The translations under genes were made by a program, and so were the position numbers. DNA of 64,000 nt from Acidobacteriota bacterium (lineage in GTDB: Bacteria; Acidobacteriota; Thermoanaerobaculia; Gp7-AA8), in NCBI GenBank assembly GCA_021781455.1, contig JAJXWV010000026.1:40304-104303 (forward strand), in the 5' to 3' direction. The notes beneath the pieces are model-generated. The model was not told the DNA's origin. It worked only from the letters and a program-made list of their open reading frames with translations, and searched no databases. Shown here piece after piece: positions 27,929 through 37,258 of the stretch; position 1 is the first letter of the stretch; every line of letters starts with the position of its first letter.

Positions 27929-29385
27929 CGCTCACTCCTCTGGTCGAGCCGGGCTGGATGAACGCCATCCTGCCGGAGATCATCCTCTGCCTCGGCGGAA
28001 TGCTCCTCATCCTGTGGGACGCCTTCGCTCCGAAAGCGAAAGGGGCGCTGGCGCCGCTGGCACTGATCGTCCTGATCGTCGGTGCCTGGTCGGAGAGGCT
28101 CGTCATCGGCGGCACCTTTTTCGGCGGCACCTACGAGATCTCCGGCATCACGCACCTCTTCGACATCACCTTCTTTCTGGCGGCGATGCTGGCCACGCTC
28201 TTCGCCCGCGATTATCTCGACCGCGAAGGCAACGAGGGCGGCGAGTTCTACGCCCTGCTGCTCTGGGGCACCGTCGGCATGATGTTGATGGCCAAGGGCC
28301 TCGACCTCCTGATCATCATCCTCGGCCTGGAGACGCTGTCGATCTGCATCTTCGTGCTGGTCGGCTACGCGCGCCGGCTTCCGATCTCGAACGAAGCCAG
28401 CCTGAAGTACTTCCTCATGGGTGCGTTCGCCACGGGGTTCGTTCTCTATGGCACGGCGCTGTTCTACGGAGCGACGCAGTCGACGAACATCACGGTCATG
28501 GCGCGTTACTTCGCGACGGCCGACGGATCGAATCCCCTCTTGACCGTGGCTTTCGTGCTGATCATGGCCGGCTTCGGCTTCAAGCTCGCCCTCGCGCCGT
28601 TCCATCCCTGGGCTCCGGACGTCTATCAGGGCGCCCCCACTCCGGTCGCAGGCTGGCTCTCCGTGGCCCCGAAGGCGGCCACCCTCATCGTGCTCGTGCG
28701 GCTGTTCACGGCCATGACGCCGCTGCTGTCGAAGGTGCCGTGGATGCACTTGGTGGCCGTGCTCTCGGTGCTGTCGATGATCGTTGGCAACGTCGTGGCC
28801 ATCGTGCAGCGCGACCTCAAGCGCATGCTGGCCTACTCCGGCATCGCTCATGTCGGGTACATGACCATCGCCCTGCTGACGATGCGTGACGACAACATCG
28901 CCGCGGTCGCCGTCTACACTATCGTCTACGCGCTGATGAACATCGGTGCCTTCGGCGTGATCTCGCTGCTGGTGAAGAACCAGAACGACCCGCAGACCCT
29001 GGACGACATCGCCGGGCTCGGCTTCCGACGCCCGTACTTCGGGCTGGCCCTGGCCATCTGCATGTTCTCACTCTCCGGCCTGCCGCCCACGGCGGGATTC
29101 ATCGCCAAGTTCTACATCTTCAAATCGGCCATCCTGTACGGCCACACCACCATTGCTCTGATCGGCATCCTGGCCAGCATCACTTCGGTCTACTACTACC
29201 TTCGCGTCGTCTACTACCTCTACATGAAGGAACCGGCCGAGGGAATGGTCGTGGAGACGATCGGCGACGTGTTCTCGGTCGGTGCGCTGGCGATTTCCAT
29301 GATCTTCATCCTGGTGATCGGTATTTACCCGACGCCGCTGTTCAACGTGGCTGGAGCGGCCGCGAGGGCGCTCCTGCAGCAGTAA
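27925..29385 (+). CDS. nuoN: NADH-quinone oxidoreductase subunit N
   Basis: 486 aa. Motifs FKLALAPFHPWAPDVYQGAPTPVAGWLSVAPKAA and KRMLAYSGIAHVGY. Its ATG overlaps the nuoM stop. Confidence 0.95.
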   Translation: MTLTPLVEPGWMNAILPEIILCLGGMLLILWDAFAPKAKGALAPLALIVLIVGAWSERLVIGGTFFGGTYEISGITHLFDITFFLAAMLATLFARDYLDREGNEGGEFYALLLWGTVGMMLMAKGLDLLIIILGLETLSICIFVLVGYARRLPISNEASLKYFLMGAFATGFVLYGTALFYGATQSTNITVMARYFATADGSNPLLTVAFVLIMAGFGFKLALAPFHPWAPDVYQGAPTPVAGWLSVAPKAATLIVLVRLFTAMTPLLSKVPWMHLVAVLSVLSMIVGNVVAIVQRDLKRMLAYSGIAHVGYMTIALLTMRDDNIAAVAVYTIVYALMNIGAFGVISLLVKNQNDPQTLDDIAGLGFRRPYFGLALAICMFSLSGLPPTAGFIAKFYIFKSAILYGHTTIALIGILASITSVYYYLRVVYYLYMKEPAEGMVVETIGDVFSVGALAISMIFILVIGIYPTPLFNVAGAAARALLQQ

Positions 29386-29394
29386 CCAACGGCG

Positions 29395-30057
29395 ATGCCG
29401 GCCAAAATGACAGAGCGCGATATCTCGGAAGTCACGACGAGCCGGCTCTCGGTGTACCTGCGCTGCCTGACGTATCTGCAGTCGATCAACCAGAAGACCG
29501 TCTCCTCGCACGAGCTCGCGGAGCGGTTTCATCTGAACTCGTCGCAGATCCGCAAGGACCTGGCGTGCCTGGGCGAGTTCGGCACGCGCGGCGTCGGCTA
29601 CGACGTCTCGCATCTCAAGCAGCAGCTCGTTCACGAGCTTGGCATCGACGGGACGCGCAACGCTGTCATCGTCGGAGCGGGAAACCTCGGCCTGGCTCTG
29701 GCCGACTACCGCGGCTTCAACAGCAACGGTTTCCACATCGTGGCGCTCCTCGACAACGACCCGGAGAAGTTCGGCCGGACGTCGCGCAGTGGAGTTCCGG
29801 TCATCGATGTCTCCAGGATGCGGGACGTGGTGCGCGATCAGCAGGTCGCCATCGGAGTGATCGCCGTGACGCCGGAGAGCGCCCAACAGGTGCACGACGA
29901 GCTCGCCGCTGCCGGCGTCAATGCCATCCTGAATTTCGCGCCGGCGCAACTCCGGCTGCGGAGCGGCGTCAAGGTGCGCAGCGTCGACCTGCGCATCAAC
30001 CTGGAGTCGCTCTCGTTCTACCTGAAGAACTCCAACGGCGCAAAGCAGCAGGACTAA
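29395..30057 (+). CDS. rex: Redox-sensing transcriptional repressor Rex
   Basis: 220 aa. Winged helix SRLSVYLRCLTYL...SSHELAERFHLNSSQIRKDLACLGEFGTRGVGYDV followed by Rossmann motif VIVGAGNLGLALADY. Starts 9 nt after nuoN. Confidence 0.9.
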   Translation: MPAKMTERDISEVTTSRLSVYLRCLTYLQSINQKTVSSHELAERFHLNSSQIRKDLACLGEFGTRGVGYDVSHLKQQLVHELGIDGTRNAVIVGAGNLGLALADYRGFNSNGFHIVALLDNDPEKFGRTSRSGVPVIDVSRMRDVVRDQQVAIGVIAVTPESAQQVHDELAAAGVNAILNFAPAQLRLRSGVKVRSVDLRINLESLSFYLKNSNGAKQQD

Positions 30058-32465
30058 CCGGCCGCCGCGAGGCGCGCGCCCAGCTCCCGAAGCGCTTCTT
30101 CCAGCTGCGGCATCAGGGCGCGGGCGGCGGCGAAATCGCCCGTCCGGCCGCTGTTCTCCAGGCGTGCCGCGAGGTTCATCGCCTCGCCTTCGAAGTGGCT
30201 CACCGAACCCTTCAGCTTGTGAGCGTGGCGGCACAGCGCCTCCGCGTCGGCCTGCTCGATCGCTTCCTCGATCGCGGCGACGAGAAGTGGCGTCTGTTCC
30301 GCGAACGCCGCCCTGACACGCGCCAGGAGCTTCGTGTTGCCGCCTACGGAATCGAGAACCGTGCGTTCTTCCGGCGCGATATCGCGGAGCATATCCGCCA
30401 GCTCGCGGCGGTCGATCGGTTTGGTGAGCACCGCATCCATCCCCGCTTCCAGGCAGCGGGTGCGCTCCTCCGGCCGCGTGTGCGCGGTCATGGCGATGAT
30501 CGGTATGCGCGCGCCACCCTCGCGCGCCCGGATGTGGCGGGTCGCTTCCAGGCCGTCCATGCCCGGCATCTGCACGTCCATCAGGATGGCGTCGAAGTGC
30601 TCTCGATCCGCCAGGGACACCGCCTCGGAGCCATTGGCGGCGATGACCGCGCTGTGGCCCATTCGCCGCAACGCCTCCACCGCGAATTCCTGGCCGATGG
30701 GATGATCCTCCACCACCAGAACGCGCAGCCTTCTGGCAGCCAGGCGTGATGACATGCGCACGACTCGCAACCGCTCCGGAGTGATCAGCCCGAGCGCGGC
30801 GCCGACGGCTTCGATGAGCTCGTGTTCCTCGACCGGCCGGGACAACGACTCGCCCGTGGGGTCGTGCTCGAGCGGCGAGCGGATCACCACCACGGCCCGG
30901 TAGCGGTTGCGCGGCTCGGTCGCCACGACCACCTCGTAGGGCTGCTCGGGTGCCTCGTCGAACCAGGCCGCCGTGTCCACCCTCATCCCGTGCGCCGTCA
31001 GCATCTGCTCGACGGCGCCCCGCTCGCGGTCGTGGTGATCGACGACGAGCACGCGCCTGCCGGCCAGACCCTTCTCCCATTGCGGCCGCTCCGGCGCGGC
31101 GAAGCGGTCCGTCTCCGCGGCGATCGAGAACGCAAAGCGGCTTCCCTTCTGCTCGCTGCTCTCGACATCGATCGACCCGCCCATGGCCTCGACGAGACGG
31201 GCCACGATGGACAGGCCCAGGCCGGTGCCCGCATACCGGCGGGTGCGCGACGAGTCGACCTGCGTAAAAGGCTCGAAGATCAGCCGCTGCAGTGAGGGAT
31301 CGACGCCGATGCCGGTGTCCTCGACCTCACCGCGCAACAGAAGCCGATTCTCTTCCAACCTCTCGCATCGGATGCGCACCGAGATCTCGCCCGACTGAGT
31401 GAACTTGATGGCGTTCCCCACCAGGTTGGTGACGATCTGCCGAAGCCGCAGCGGATCGGTCCAGATTGCGTCCGGAACGTCGGAATCGATGACGCAGCTG
31501 ATGACCAGGCCCTTGGCCGCGGCCGTCACGCCGAGCGGCTTCATCGTTTCCTGCAGGAGCTCCCGCACCGAGAAATAGACCGGCTCCAGATCGAGCTTGC
31601 GGGCCTCGATCTTCGAGAATTCCAGCACGTCGTCGATGGTCCCGAGCAGCGACTCCGCCGATTGGCGAGCCAGGTCGATGTGGCGCGCCCGCTCGCCCGA
31701 CATCTCGCCGTCATGCGCCAGTTGCAGCATTCCGATCACGCCGTGGAGCGGCGTCCGCATCTCGTGGGACATGTTCGCCAGAAACTCGCTCTTGGCGGCG
31801 TTGGCCTCTTCCGCTTTGGCTCGAGCCTCACGGAGATCCACCGAGCGTTCCTCCAGCTGCCGGATCAGATCGTGCGACATGTGGATGGCCGTGCGGACCT
31901 GAAGGCGCCGCCTTTCGGCTGTTCGCGCAGCCAGGGCGATGTAGAGGCCGGAGACGGCGATGAAGATCAGTTTGACCGCCGAACCGCCGGCGTCGACGGC
32001 CCGGCCATCCACGAAGGCCGCCCAGGCCACCATGCCCGAGTAGCAGACGATGCCCAACCCCACGAATGCCAGGCAACGGCGGAACGTGGTCTGCGTCTGA
32101 TCGGCGACGCGCAGCAGCAGGATGAAATAGAGCCGGCTCTGCTCCGCGCCCGACGCGTAGATCGCGTAGGTCCAGACGATCATGTCCGCGATCAGGAAGA
32201 AGAGCGTGAGGTCCCGGCCTTTGCGCCAGGCGATCACGATGGCGACCCACGAGACGGCGCAATACGCGCCCATCACCACCGTCGCGTTCAACCAGGCCGT
32301 GAGCGACAGATCGTGAAGGAAGTACCGGTTGTTGAGAAGAATGCCGATGGAGAGGAAGAAAAGGCCCGTGGCACGAAGGGCTGGAATCTCGAAGAGGGAG
32401 AGCCGCGCAGCGTTCTCGCGACGGTGCCGCTCGACTTCATCGGGCTGAAGAGCGATCGCCGTCAT
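30054..32465 (-). CDS. Hybrid sensor histidine kinase with receiver and C-terminal Hpt domain
   Basis: 803 aa. The N-terminus has about 6 TM helices. HisKA motif FLANMSHEMRTPLHGVIGM and HATPase motif GTGLGLSIV. A degenerate receiver-like segment is followed by the receiver LRVLVVEDHPIGQ...ILMDVQMPGMDG. Hpt motif HAHKLKGSVSHF. Confidence 0.85.
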   Translation of the reverse strand: MTAIALQPDEVERHRRENAARLSLFEIPALRATGLFFLSIGILLNNRYFLHDLSLTAWLNATVVMGAYCAVSWVAIVIAWRKGRDLTLFFLIADMIVWTYAIYASGAEQSRLYFILLLRVADQTQTTFRRCLAFVGLGIVCYSGMVAWAAFVDGRAVDAGGSAVKLIFIAVSGLYIALAARTAERRRLQVRTAIHMSHDLIRQLEERSVDLREARAKAEEANAAKSEFLANMSHEMRTPLHGVIGMLQLAHDGEMSGERARHIDLARQSAESLLGTIDDVLEFSKIEARKLDLEPVYFSVRELLQETMKPLGVTAAAKGLVISCVIDSDVPDAIWTDPLRLRQIVTNLVGNAIKFTQSGEISVRIRCERLEENRLLLRGEVEDTGIGVDPSLQRLIFEPFTQVDSSRTRRYAGTGLGLSIVARLVEAMGGSIDVESSEQKGSRFAFSIAAETDRFAAPERPQWEKGLAGRRVLVVDHHDRERGAVEQMLTAHGMRVDTAAWFDEAPEQPYEVVVATEPRNRYRAVVVIRSPLEHDPTGESLSRPVEEHELIEAVGAALGLITPERLRVVRMSSRLAARRLRVLVVEDHPIGQEFAVEALRRMGHSAVIAANGSEAVSLADREHFDAILMDVQMPGMDGLEATRHIRAREGGARIPIIAMTAHTRPEERTRCLEAGMDAVLTKPIDRRELADMLRDIAPEERTVLDSVGGNTKLLARVRAAFAEQTPLLVAAIEEAIEQADAEALCRHAHKLKGSVSHFEGEAMNLAARLENSGRTGDFAAARALMPQLEEALRELGARLAAAG

Positions 32466-32477
32466 CGCCGGGGGATG

Positions 32478-33629
32478 TTACTCCGCGCCCGCCTGGCCGC
32501 GCTGCTTACGCTGCAGGATCGAGCGGATGTGCGGCAGAAGGACTTCTTTGCGGATGGGTTTGCGCAGGAAATCGGCCGCCCCCAGCTCGAGGCTGCGCGC
32601 CTCCACTTCCGGCCCCGGGATTCCGGTGATGAACACCGCCGGCGTCTCGATTCCCTTCTGCACCATGATCTCGAACAGGCGCAGTCCGTTGAGCGTGGGG
32701 ATATTGATGTCCATGACCAGCAGGTCGAACGTGCGTCGGGCGATCTCCATCAGGGCATCGGCGCCATCCGCGACCAGGACCACCTCGTAGCCCGCTTCCT
32801 GGAGAAACCCTTCCACGAGCGTCGCGGAGACGGCGTCGTCCTCGACCAAGAGCACGAGCACCGGTGCGTCGTGGGGCTTTCGGGTCACCTCGCGCGGAGC
32901 GGGCGCAATCTGCAGCGCACCGACGATCTCTTCACGAACGCGCTGCGTCTCCGGGCTCGGCTCCCGACCGAACTCGCGGCGGAGGATCTCGGCGCATTCC
33001 TCGTACCGGCGCAATGCCGAGTCCGGACGCCCCTGCTCCAGCTGCAGGCGCATCAGCGTGCGGTGCACCACTTCCTGAGTCGGGTCGAGCGCCAGCAGGC
33101 GGCTGGCGGTGTCGACGGCGCTCTCCCACCATTCGGCCTTGACCTGAGCAGCGAGAAGGCGCCCGAAGACGGTCACCGCTCCCTGCCAGTAGGCCAGCCG
33201 CTTCTGGGTCAGCCACTCGTCGAAGGCGGCGCTGGCAATCGAGAAACCCTCGGCCACAGTGCCCCGGTAGAGTTCGGCCGCGGCGCGGACGGCCGTCAGC
33301 GACGGTGAATCGAGCATGTCGTCGAACGAGCGCGTGTCGACGCTGACCAGATCACGATCGAACGCGACCCCATCCGCGGTCGCGACCACGACACCGGGAA
33401 TCTCGCTGAGCGCCTGCTTCAGGTCGCGTTCCACGTCGCGAATGCGCCCGTCCTCGCCCTCGGAGCCAAAAAGCAGTTTGGACGCCTTGCGGAGCGAGGG
33501 ACGGCGGCCGATCTCGAGCGCCAGATAAATGGCGAATGCCTGAACACGCCTGCCCGTCAGCACAACGGGATTGCCGCGTGCATCAGCCAGTGAGAAGCCG
33601 CCGAAAAGACGAATGTTCAGAGCAGTCAT
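32478..33629 (-). CDS. SARP-like DNA-binding / BTAD regulator with C-terminal receiver domain
   Basis: 383 aa. The N-terminus IRLFGGFSLADARGNPVVLTGRRVQAF is a SARP-type winged helix. The BTAD region reads AAELYRGTVAEGF...LALDPTQEVVHRTLMRLQLEQGRPDSALRRYEECAEILRREFGREPSPET. The C-terminal REC domain reads VLLVEDDAVS...LLVMDINIPTLNG...K. Confidence 0.75.
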   Translation of the reverse strand: MTALNIRLFGGFSLADARGNPVVLTGRRVQAFAIYLALEIGRRPSLRKASKLLFGSEGEDGRIRDVERDLKQALSEIPGVVVATADGVAFDRDLVSVDTRSFDDMLDSPSLTAVRAAAELYRGTVAEGFSIASAAFDEWLTQKRLAYWQGAVTVFGRLLAAQVKAEWWESAVDTASRLLALDPTQEVVHRTLMRLQLEQGRPDSALRRYEECAEILRREFGREPSPETQRVREEIVGALQIAPAPREVTRKPHDAPVLVLLVEDDAVSATLVEGFLQEAGYEVVLVADGADALMEIARRTFDLLVMDINIPTLNGLRLFEIMVQKGIETPAVFITGIPGPEVEARSLELGAADFLRKPIRKEVLLPHIRSILQRKQRGQAGAE

Positions 33630-33727
33630 GATGGATCAACCGACAGGCTAACACGGCGGCGGATGCGTTGACTGAACTAAGGATATATGCCGTACATCTT
33701 TTTGGATGGAGGACTGTAGGAGCGATC

Positions 33728-33797
33728 GGCTGCTGGCCGTCGGCTCTCGGCCTGGCTCCTGGGAACTTTCGGCTTCCAAGAGCCCATAGCCAGGACC
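33728..33797. repeat. Tandem-word-arm hairpin HAH11 (GGCTCCT-type words, degenerate)
   Basis: GGCTGCTGGCCGTCGGCTCTCGGCCTGGCTCCTGGG at 33728-33763 pairs with CCAAGAGCCCATAGCCAGGACC at 33776-33797. Lies 40 nt upstream of the KAS gene. Confidence 0.5.
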
Positions 33798-33836
33798 TCA
33801 ATGCTACGATCGACTCCTCAGCGACTCTAATCGGAC

Positions 33837-35087
33837 ATGAGCTCCCGGATCGTCATTACCGGAATCGGCGCCGTCAGTCCCAATGGCCTGGGGCGCGAAT
33901 GCTATTTCGAAGCGCTGCGAAGCGGGCGCAGCGGTATCCGCCGGATCTCGCAGTTCGACGCCGCCTCCCTTCCCTGTCAGGTTGCCGCCGAGATCAACAG
34001 CGGCTTCGATCCCGGCCAGTGGGTCGACGCGAAGGACATGAAGCACGTCTCCCGCGTGGTGCCGATGGCTGTGGCCGCCACGGACGAGGCCCTCCGCGAC
34101 GCCGGGCTCGACCCGCGGGCAATGGACCTGGAAACGCGCCGCTCGATCGGGGTGATGCTCGGCTCGGGCGGCGGCGCCATCGAGTTCAGCGAGCGCATGT
34201 ACGAGCTCTGGTACAAGGGCGCCGTCAAGCAGGCCTCCGTCTACGCCATCCCCTCCGGCACGATCGGCACGATCGCCTCGGAGATCTCGATGGCCTACGA
34301 TTTCCACGGGTTCTCGCACCTGATCTCCACCGGCTGCACCTCTTCGACCGATGCGATCGGCTACGCCTACCGCAACCTCAAGCTCGGCGTGGCTGACTAC
34401 GTGATCACCGGAGGCGCCGACGCCACGATCACCGAGGGGGTGATGACCGGCTTCTGCATCATGCGCATCGTGTCGACGGCTTACAACACGAATCCGGAGG
34501 CGGCGTCGCGTCCCTTCTCCCGCGATCGCGACGGGTTCGTTCTCGGCGAAGGTGCCTGGATGTTCGTCATGGAGCGTGAAGAGACGGCCCGTGCCCGCGG
34601 CGCACGCATCTACGCGGAAGTGGCCGGCTATGGATCGACCTGCGACGCGTACCACCGCGTGCGCCTCGACGAATCGGGAGAGGAGCCCGCTCGCGCCATG
34701 CTCCTGGCGATCAGGGACGCGAACCTCGACAGCAGCGATATCGGGTACCTGAACTACCACGGCACTTCGACGGACCTGAACGACCGCATCGAGACACGGG
34801 CCGTGAAGCGCGCCTTCGGCAAACACGCCACGAAGCTGGCGGGCTCGGCCACGAAGTCGATGATCGGTCATCCGCAGGGGGCCTGCGGCGCGGCCGGAGT
34901 CGCGGCTACGATCATGGCCATGCGCGACGGCGTCCTGCCGCCGACGATCAACCTCGAAGACCCCGATCCGGAATGCGATCTCGACTACGTGCCGGACATT
35001 GGCCGCAGAGCGCGCTTCGACGTGGCCGTCTGCAACACCATCGCCTTCGGATCGAAGAACTCGGCGCTGGTGCTGGCGAAAGCGTGA
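33837..35087 (+). CDS. Beta-ketoacyl synthase, KAS I/II (FabF-like) type
   Basis: 416 aa with a Cys-His-His triad in the contexts ISTGCTSSTDAIG, YHGTSTDLND and IGHPQGACGA. No ACP gene is adjacent. Confidence 0.85.
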   Translation: MSSRIVITGIGAVSPNGLGRECYFEALRSGRSGIRRISQFDAASLPCQVAAEINSGFDPGQWVDAKDMKHVSRVVPMAVAATDEALRDAGLDPRAMDLETRRSIGVMLGSGGGAIEFSERMYELWYKGAVKQASVYAIPSGTIGTIASEISMAYDFHGFSHLISTGCTSSTDAIGYAYRNLKLGVADYVITGGADATITEGVMTGFCIMRIVSTAYNTNPEAASRPFSRDRDGFVLGEGAWMFVMEREETARARGARIYAEVAGYGSTCDAYHRVRLDESGEEPARAMLLAIRDANLDSSDIGYLNYHGTSTDLNDRIETRAVKRAFGKHATKLAGSATKSMIGHPQGACGAAGVAATIMAMRDGVLPPTINLEDPDPECDLDYVPDIGRRARFDVAVCNTIAFGSKNSALVLAKA

Positions 35088-35092
35088 TCAGA

Positions 35093-35226
35093 CGGTTACG
35101 CGGTTGCGCAGTTCCGCGGTTCCGCGGTGCTCGATGGACGAACTGAAATGCAAACACCGTTGACTTGCCTGCAGATCGCGACGCTGGCACACAGCGGAAC
35201 CGCGCAAGCGCGGAACCGCGCAACCC
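35093..35226. repeat. Tandem-word-arm hairpin HAH12 (octamers GGTTGCGC/GGTTCCGC; 66-nt loop)
   Basis: Left arm 35093-35127 and right arm 35194-35226, the same word family as HAH7. Lies between the KAS gene and the methyltransferase gene. Confidence 0.7.
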
Positions 35227-35242
35227 GTTGATCCCTGCTCAC

Positions 35243-35935
35243 ATGTCTCTGCTCGTCCCCAAACGCATCGACGCCCCCGAGCTCCTCGACGAAGAGGACG
35301 CTCCCCGTCCCGACATGGAGCGCTCGCTGCGCGATCTGCGGCGATTCAACCGCTACATGGGCGGCACCCGCGTGTACAGGCGATTGCTGCGCCGACTGGC
35401 CGGGCGTAGCTCGAGCCGCCTCGCCATCATCGACCTCGGCACCGGCACATCGGATCTGCTGGAGAGCGTGAGCGGCGACGGGCTGCGGGTGGGGCTCGAC
35501 TTCAAGATCGATCACCTGCTCTACGGCCGCGAGCTCCGCCGGAAGCGCAAGGCCGGGCAGAAGATTGCCCTCGTCGTTGGTGACGCGACGAACCTGCCGT
35601 TCCGTGAACGAGCGGCCGACATCGTCACGTCGTCCCATTTCGCGCACCACTTCACGCCCGACGAGAATGCGTCCATGCTCCGCGAATCGCTTCGCGTTGC
35701 GCGCCGCGGAGTGGTCGTGAGCGACACGAACCGCCATCGCGTGCCGCTGCTGTGGGTGCAGCTGATGGCCGCGTTCCGTCTGGTCGGCCGTATCACCCGC
35801 TCCGACGCGCCGGGATCCATCGCCCGCGGCTACACGCCCGAAGAGGCGCGCGCATTCGCGACGCGAAGCGGAGCGTCCCGCATCGAGATCGTCGCCATGT
35901 GGCCTTTCCGGACCGGCGTACTGCTGTGGAAGTGA
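35243..35935 (+). CDS. Class I SAM-dependent methyltransferase
   Basis: Trimmed to MSLLVPKRID to avoid the repeat. Motif I reads IIDLGTGTSDLL. The stop overlaps the next gene's GTG start in a GTGA arrangement. Confidence 0.7.
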   Translation: MSLLVPKRIDAPELLDEEDAPRPDMERSLRDLRRFNRYMGGTRVYRRLLRRLAGRSSSRLAIIDLGTGTSDLLESVSGDGLRVGLDFKIDHLLYGRELRRKRKAGQKIALVVGDATNLPFRERAADIVTSSHFAHHFTPDENASMLRESLRVARRGVVVSDTNRHRVPLLWVQLMAAFRLVGRITRSDAPGSIARGYTPEEARAFATRSGASRIEIVAMWPFRTGVLLWK

Positions 35936-37149
35936 ATGTCGACGTCGCCGTGATCGGCGCGGGCCCGGCCGGCTCCGTGCTGGCCGCTCTCCTCGCATGG
36001 AGAGGCGCACGCGTCGCCCTGATCGAGCGCACGACTTTTCCTCGCGACAAAGTCTGCGGCGAGTTTCTCTCCTACGACGCGCTGCCGCTGCTCGAGCGGC
36101 TCAACCTCGTCGACGATCTCGACCATCATGGATCTCCCACCATCAGGCGCTGCCGGATCGTCGGCCGCCATCGCCAGTACGAGTTTCTGCTTCCCGAACC
36201 GGCCCGCGGCGTGTCGCGACTGCTCCTCGATGACCTCCTCTTCCGGAAGGCCGTCGCTCATGGCGCGGAGCCGTGGGAGGGATGGACTGCGGACAGCATC
36301 GAGGCGCACTCGGTCGCCCTCTCCCGCAACGGCGAGCATGTCTCGATCGCGGCGCGCGTGGTCGCCGGAGCCTGGGGCCGCTGGGGCCGGTTCGACGCCC
36401 AGCTCGGGCGTGCATTCGTCCGCGACCGGGCGCATCGCAACTTCGGATTCAAGCGCCATTACCGCCGCGAGCCAGCGTCAGCCGCCCTCCAGCACGACGT
36501 CATCGAGTTGCATTCGCTCGGCCGCGGATACCTCGGTGTCAACGACATCGAGGGCGGCCTGACCAACATCTGCGGGCTGGTTCACTCCAGCCGCCTGGCG
36601 GGCCATCGCGGGCGGTGGGAATCGTTCGTCGACATGCTCCGGGCCGAGGAGCCGTCGCTCGAGACGATGTACTCGGCGTATGAGCCGGCTCAGGACGACT
36701 TCCTTTCATCGGAGCCGGTCATTTTCCGCGCGCGCCGCCCCGTCGAAGGCGGCCTCTTCATGGCCGGCGACGCTTCGGGCGTGGTGGATCCGCTGACCGG
36801 CAACGGCATGGCCATGGCCATTCAATCCGCCCTTCTCCTGGCACCGCTCCTGTTGCGGCTCCTCGCCAACGGCGCGCAGCGCGCGGCCATCGAGAGTGAG
36901 TATGCGGTTGCGCATGCGGCGATGTTTCGTCCTCGCATCGCCTGGAGCCGGCGCATCGCCGGGCTGCTGTCTCACCCGACGGCTCTCGACAACGCGCTCC
37001 GCATTGCTCGCGGAAATGCCATCGGCGGGTTTCTCGTGCGCCGCACGCGCTCGGATCACGCCGCCGTCGCTCGCCTCGCCGATGTCTTTTTCAAGAGCGC
37101 AGAGGGCAGAGTGCAGAGCGCAGGAGGGGCGCCGGTCGGGCCGTCCTGA
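35932..37149 (+). CDS. FAD-dependent oxidoreductase (geranylgeranyl-reductase / aromatic-hydroxylase-like)
   Basis: GTG start. Dinucleotide fold VDVAVIGAGPAGSVLAALLAWRGARVALIER, plus the later motif MAGDASGVVDPLTGNGM. The last 18 codons are encoded by the left arm of HAH13. Confidence 0.75.
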   Translation: MNVDVAVIGAGPAGSVLAALLAWRGARVALIERTTFPRDKVCGEFLSYDALPLLERLNLVDDLDHHGSPTIRRCRIVGRHRQYEFLLPEPARGVSRLLLDDLLFRKAVAHGAEPWEGWTADSIEAHSVALSRNGEHVSIAARVVAGAWGRWGRFDAQLGRAFVRDRAHRNFGFKRHYRREPASAALQHDVIELHSLGRGYLGVNDIEGGLTNICGLVHSSRLAGHRGRWESFVDMLRAEEPSLETMYSAYEPAQDDFLSSEPVIFRARRPVEGGLFMAGDASGVVDPLTGNGMAMAIQSALLLAPLLLRLLANGAQRAAIESEYAVAHAAMFRPRIAWSRRIAGLLSHPTALDNALRIARGNAIGGFLVRRTRSDHAAVARLADVFFKSAEGRVQSAGGAPVGPS

Positions 37150-37233
37150 GAGAACTCCCTGCAGCGCGGGCCAACCGCCGCAACGTACTCGCCTATCCTT
37201 GCCTGCCCTCCGCCCTCCGCCCTTCTGCCCTCT
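37096..37233. repeat. Tandem-word-arm hairpin HAH13 (GCAGAGG-type / CCCTCYG-type; 77-nt loop)
   Basis: Left arm AGCGCAGAGGGCAGAGTGCAGAGCGCAGG at 37096-37124. Right arm CCTGCCCTCCGCCCTCCGCCCTTCTGCCCTCT at 37202-37233. The pairing is imperfect. Confidence 0.55.
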
Positions 37234-37258
37234 CCATCCGGTGCTACAGTAACCGGCG

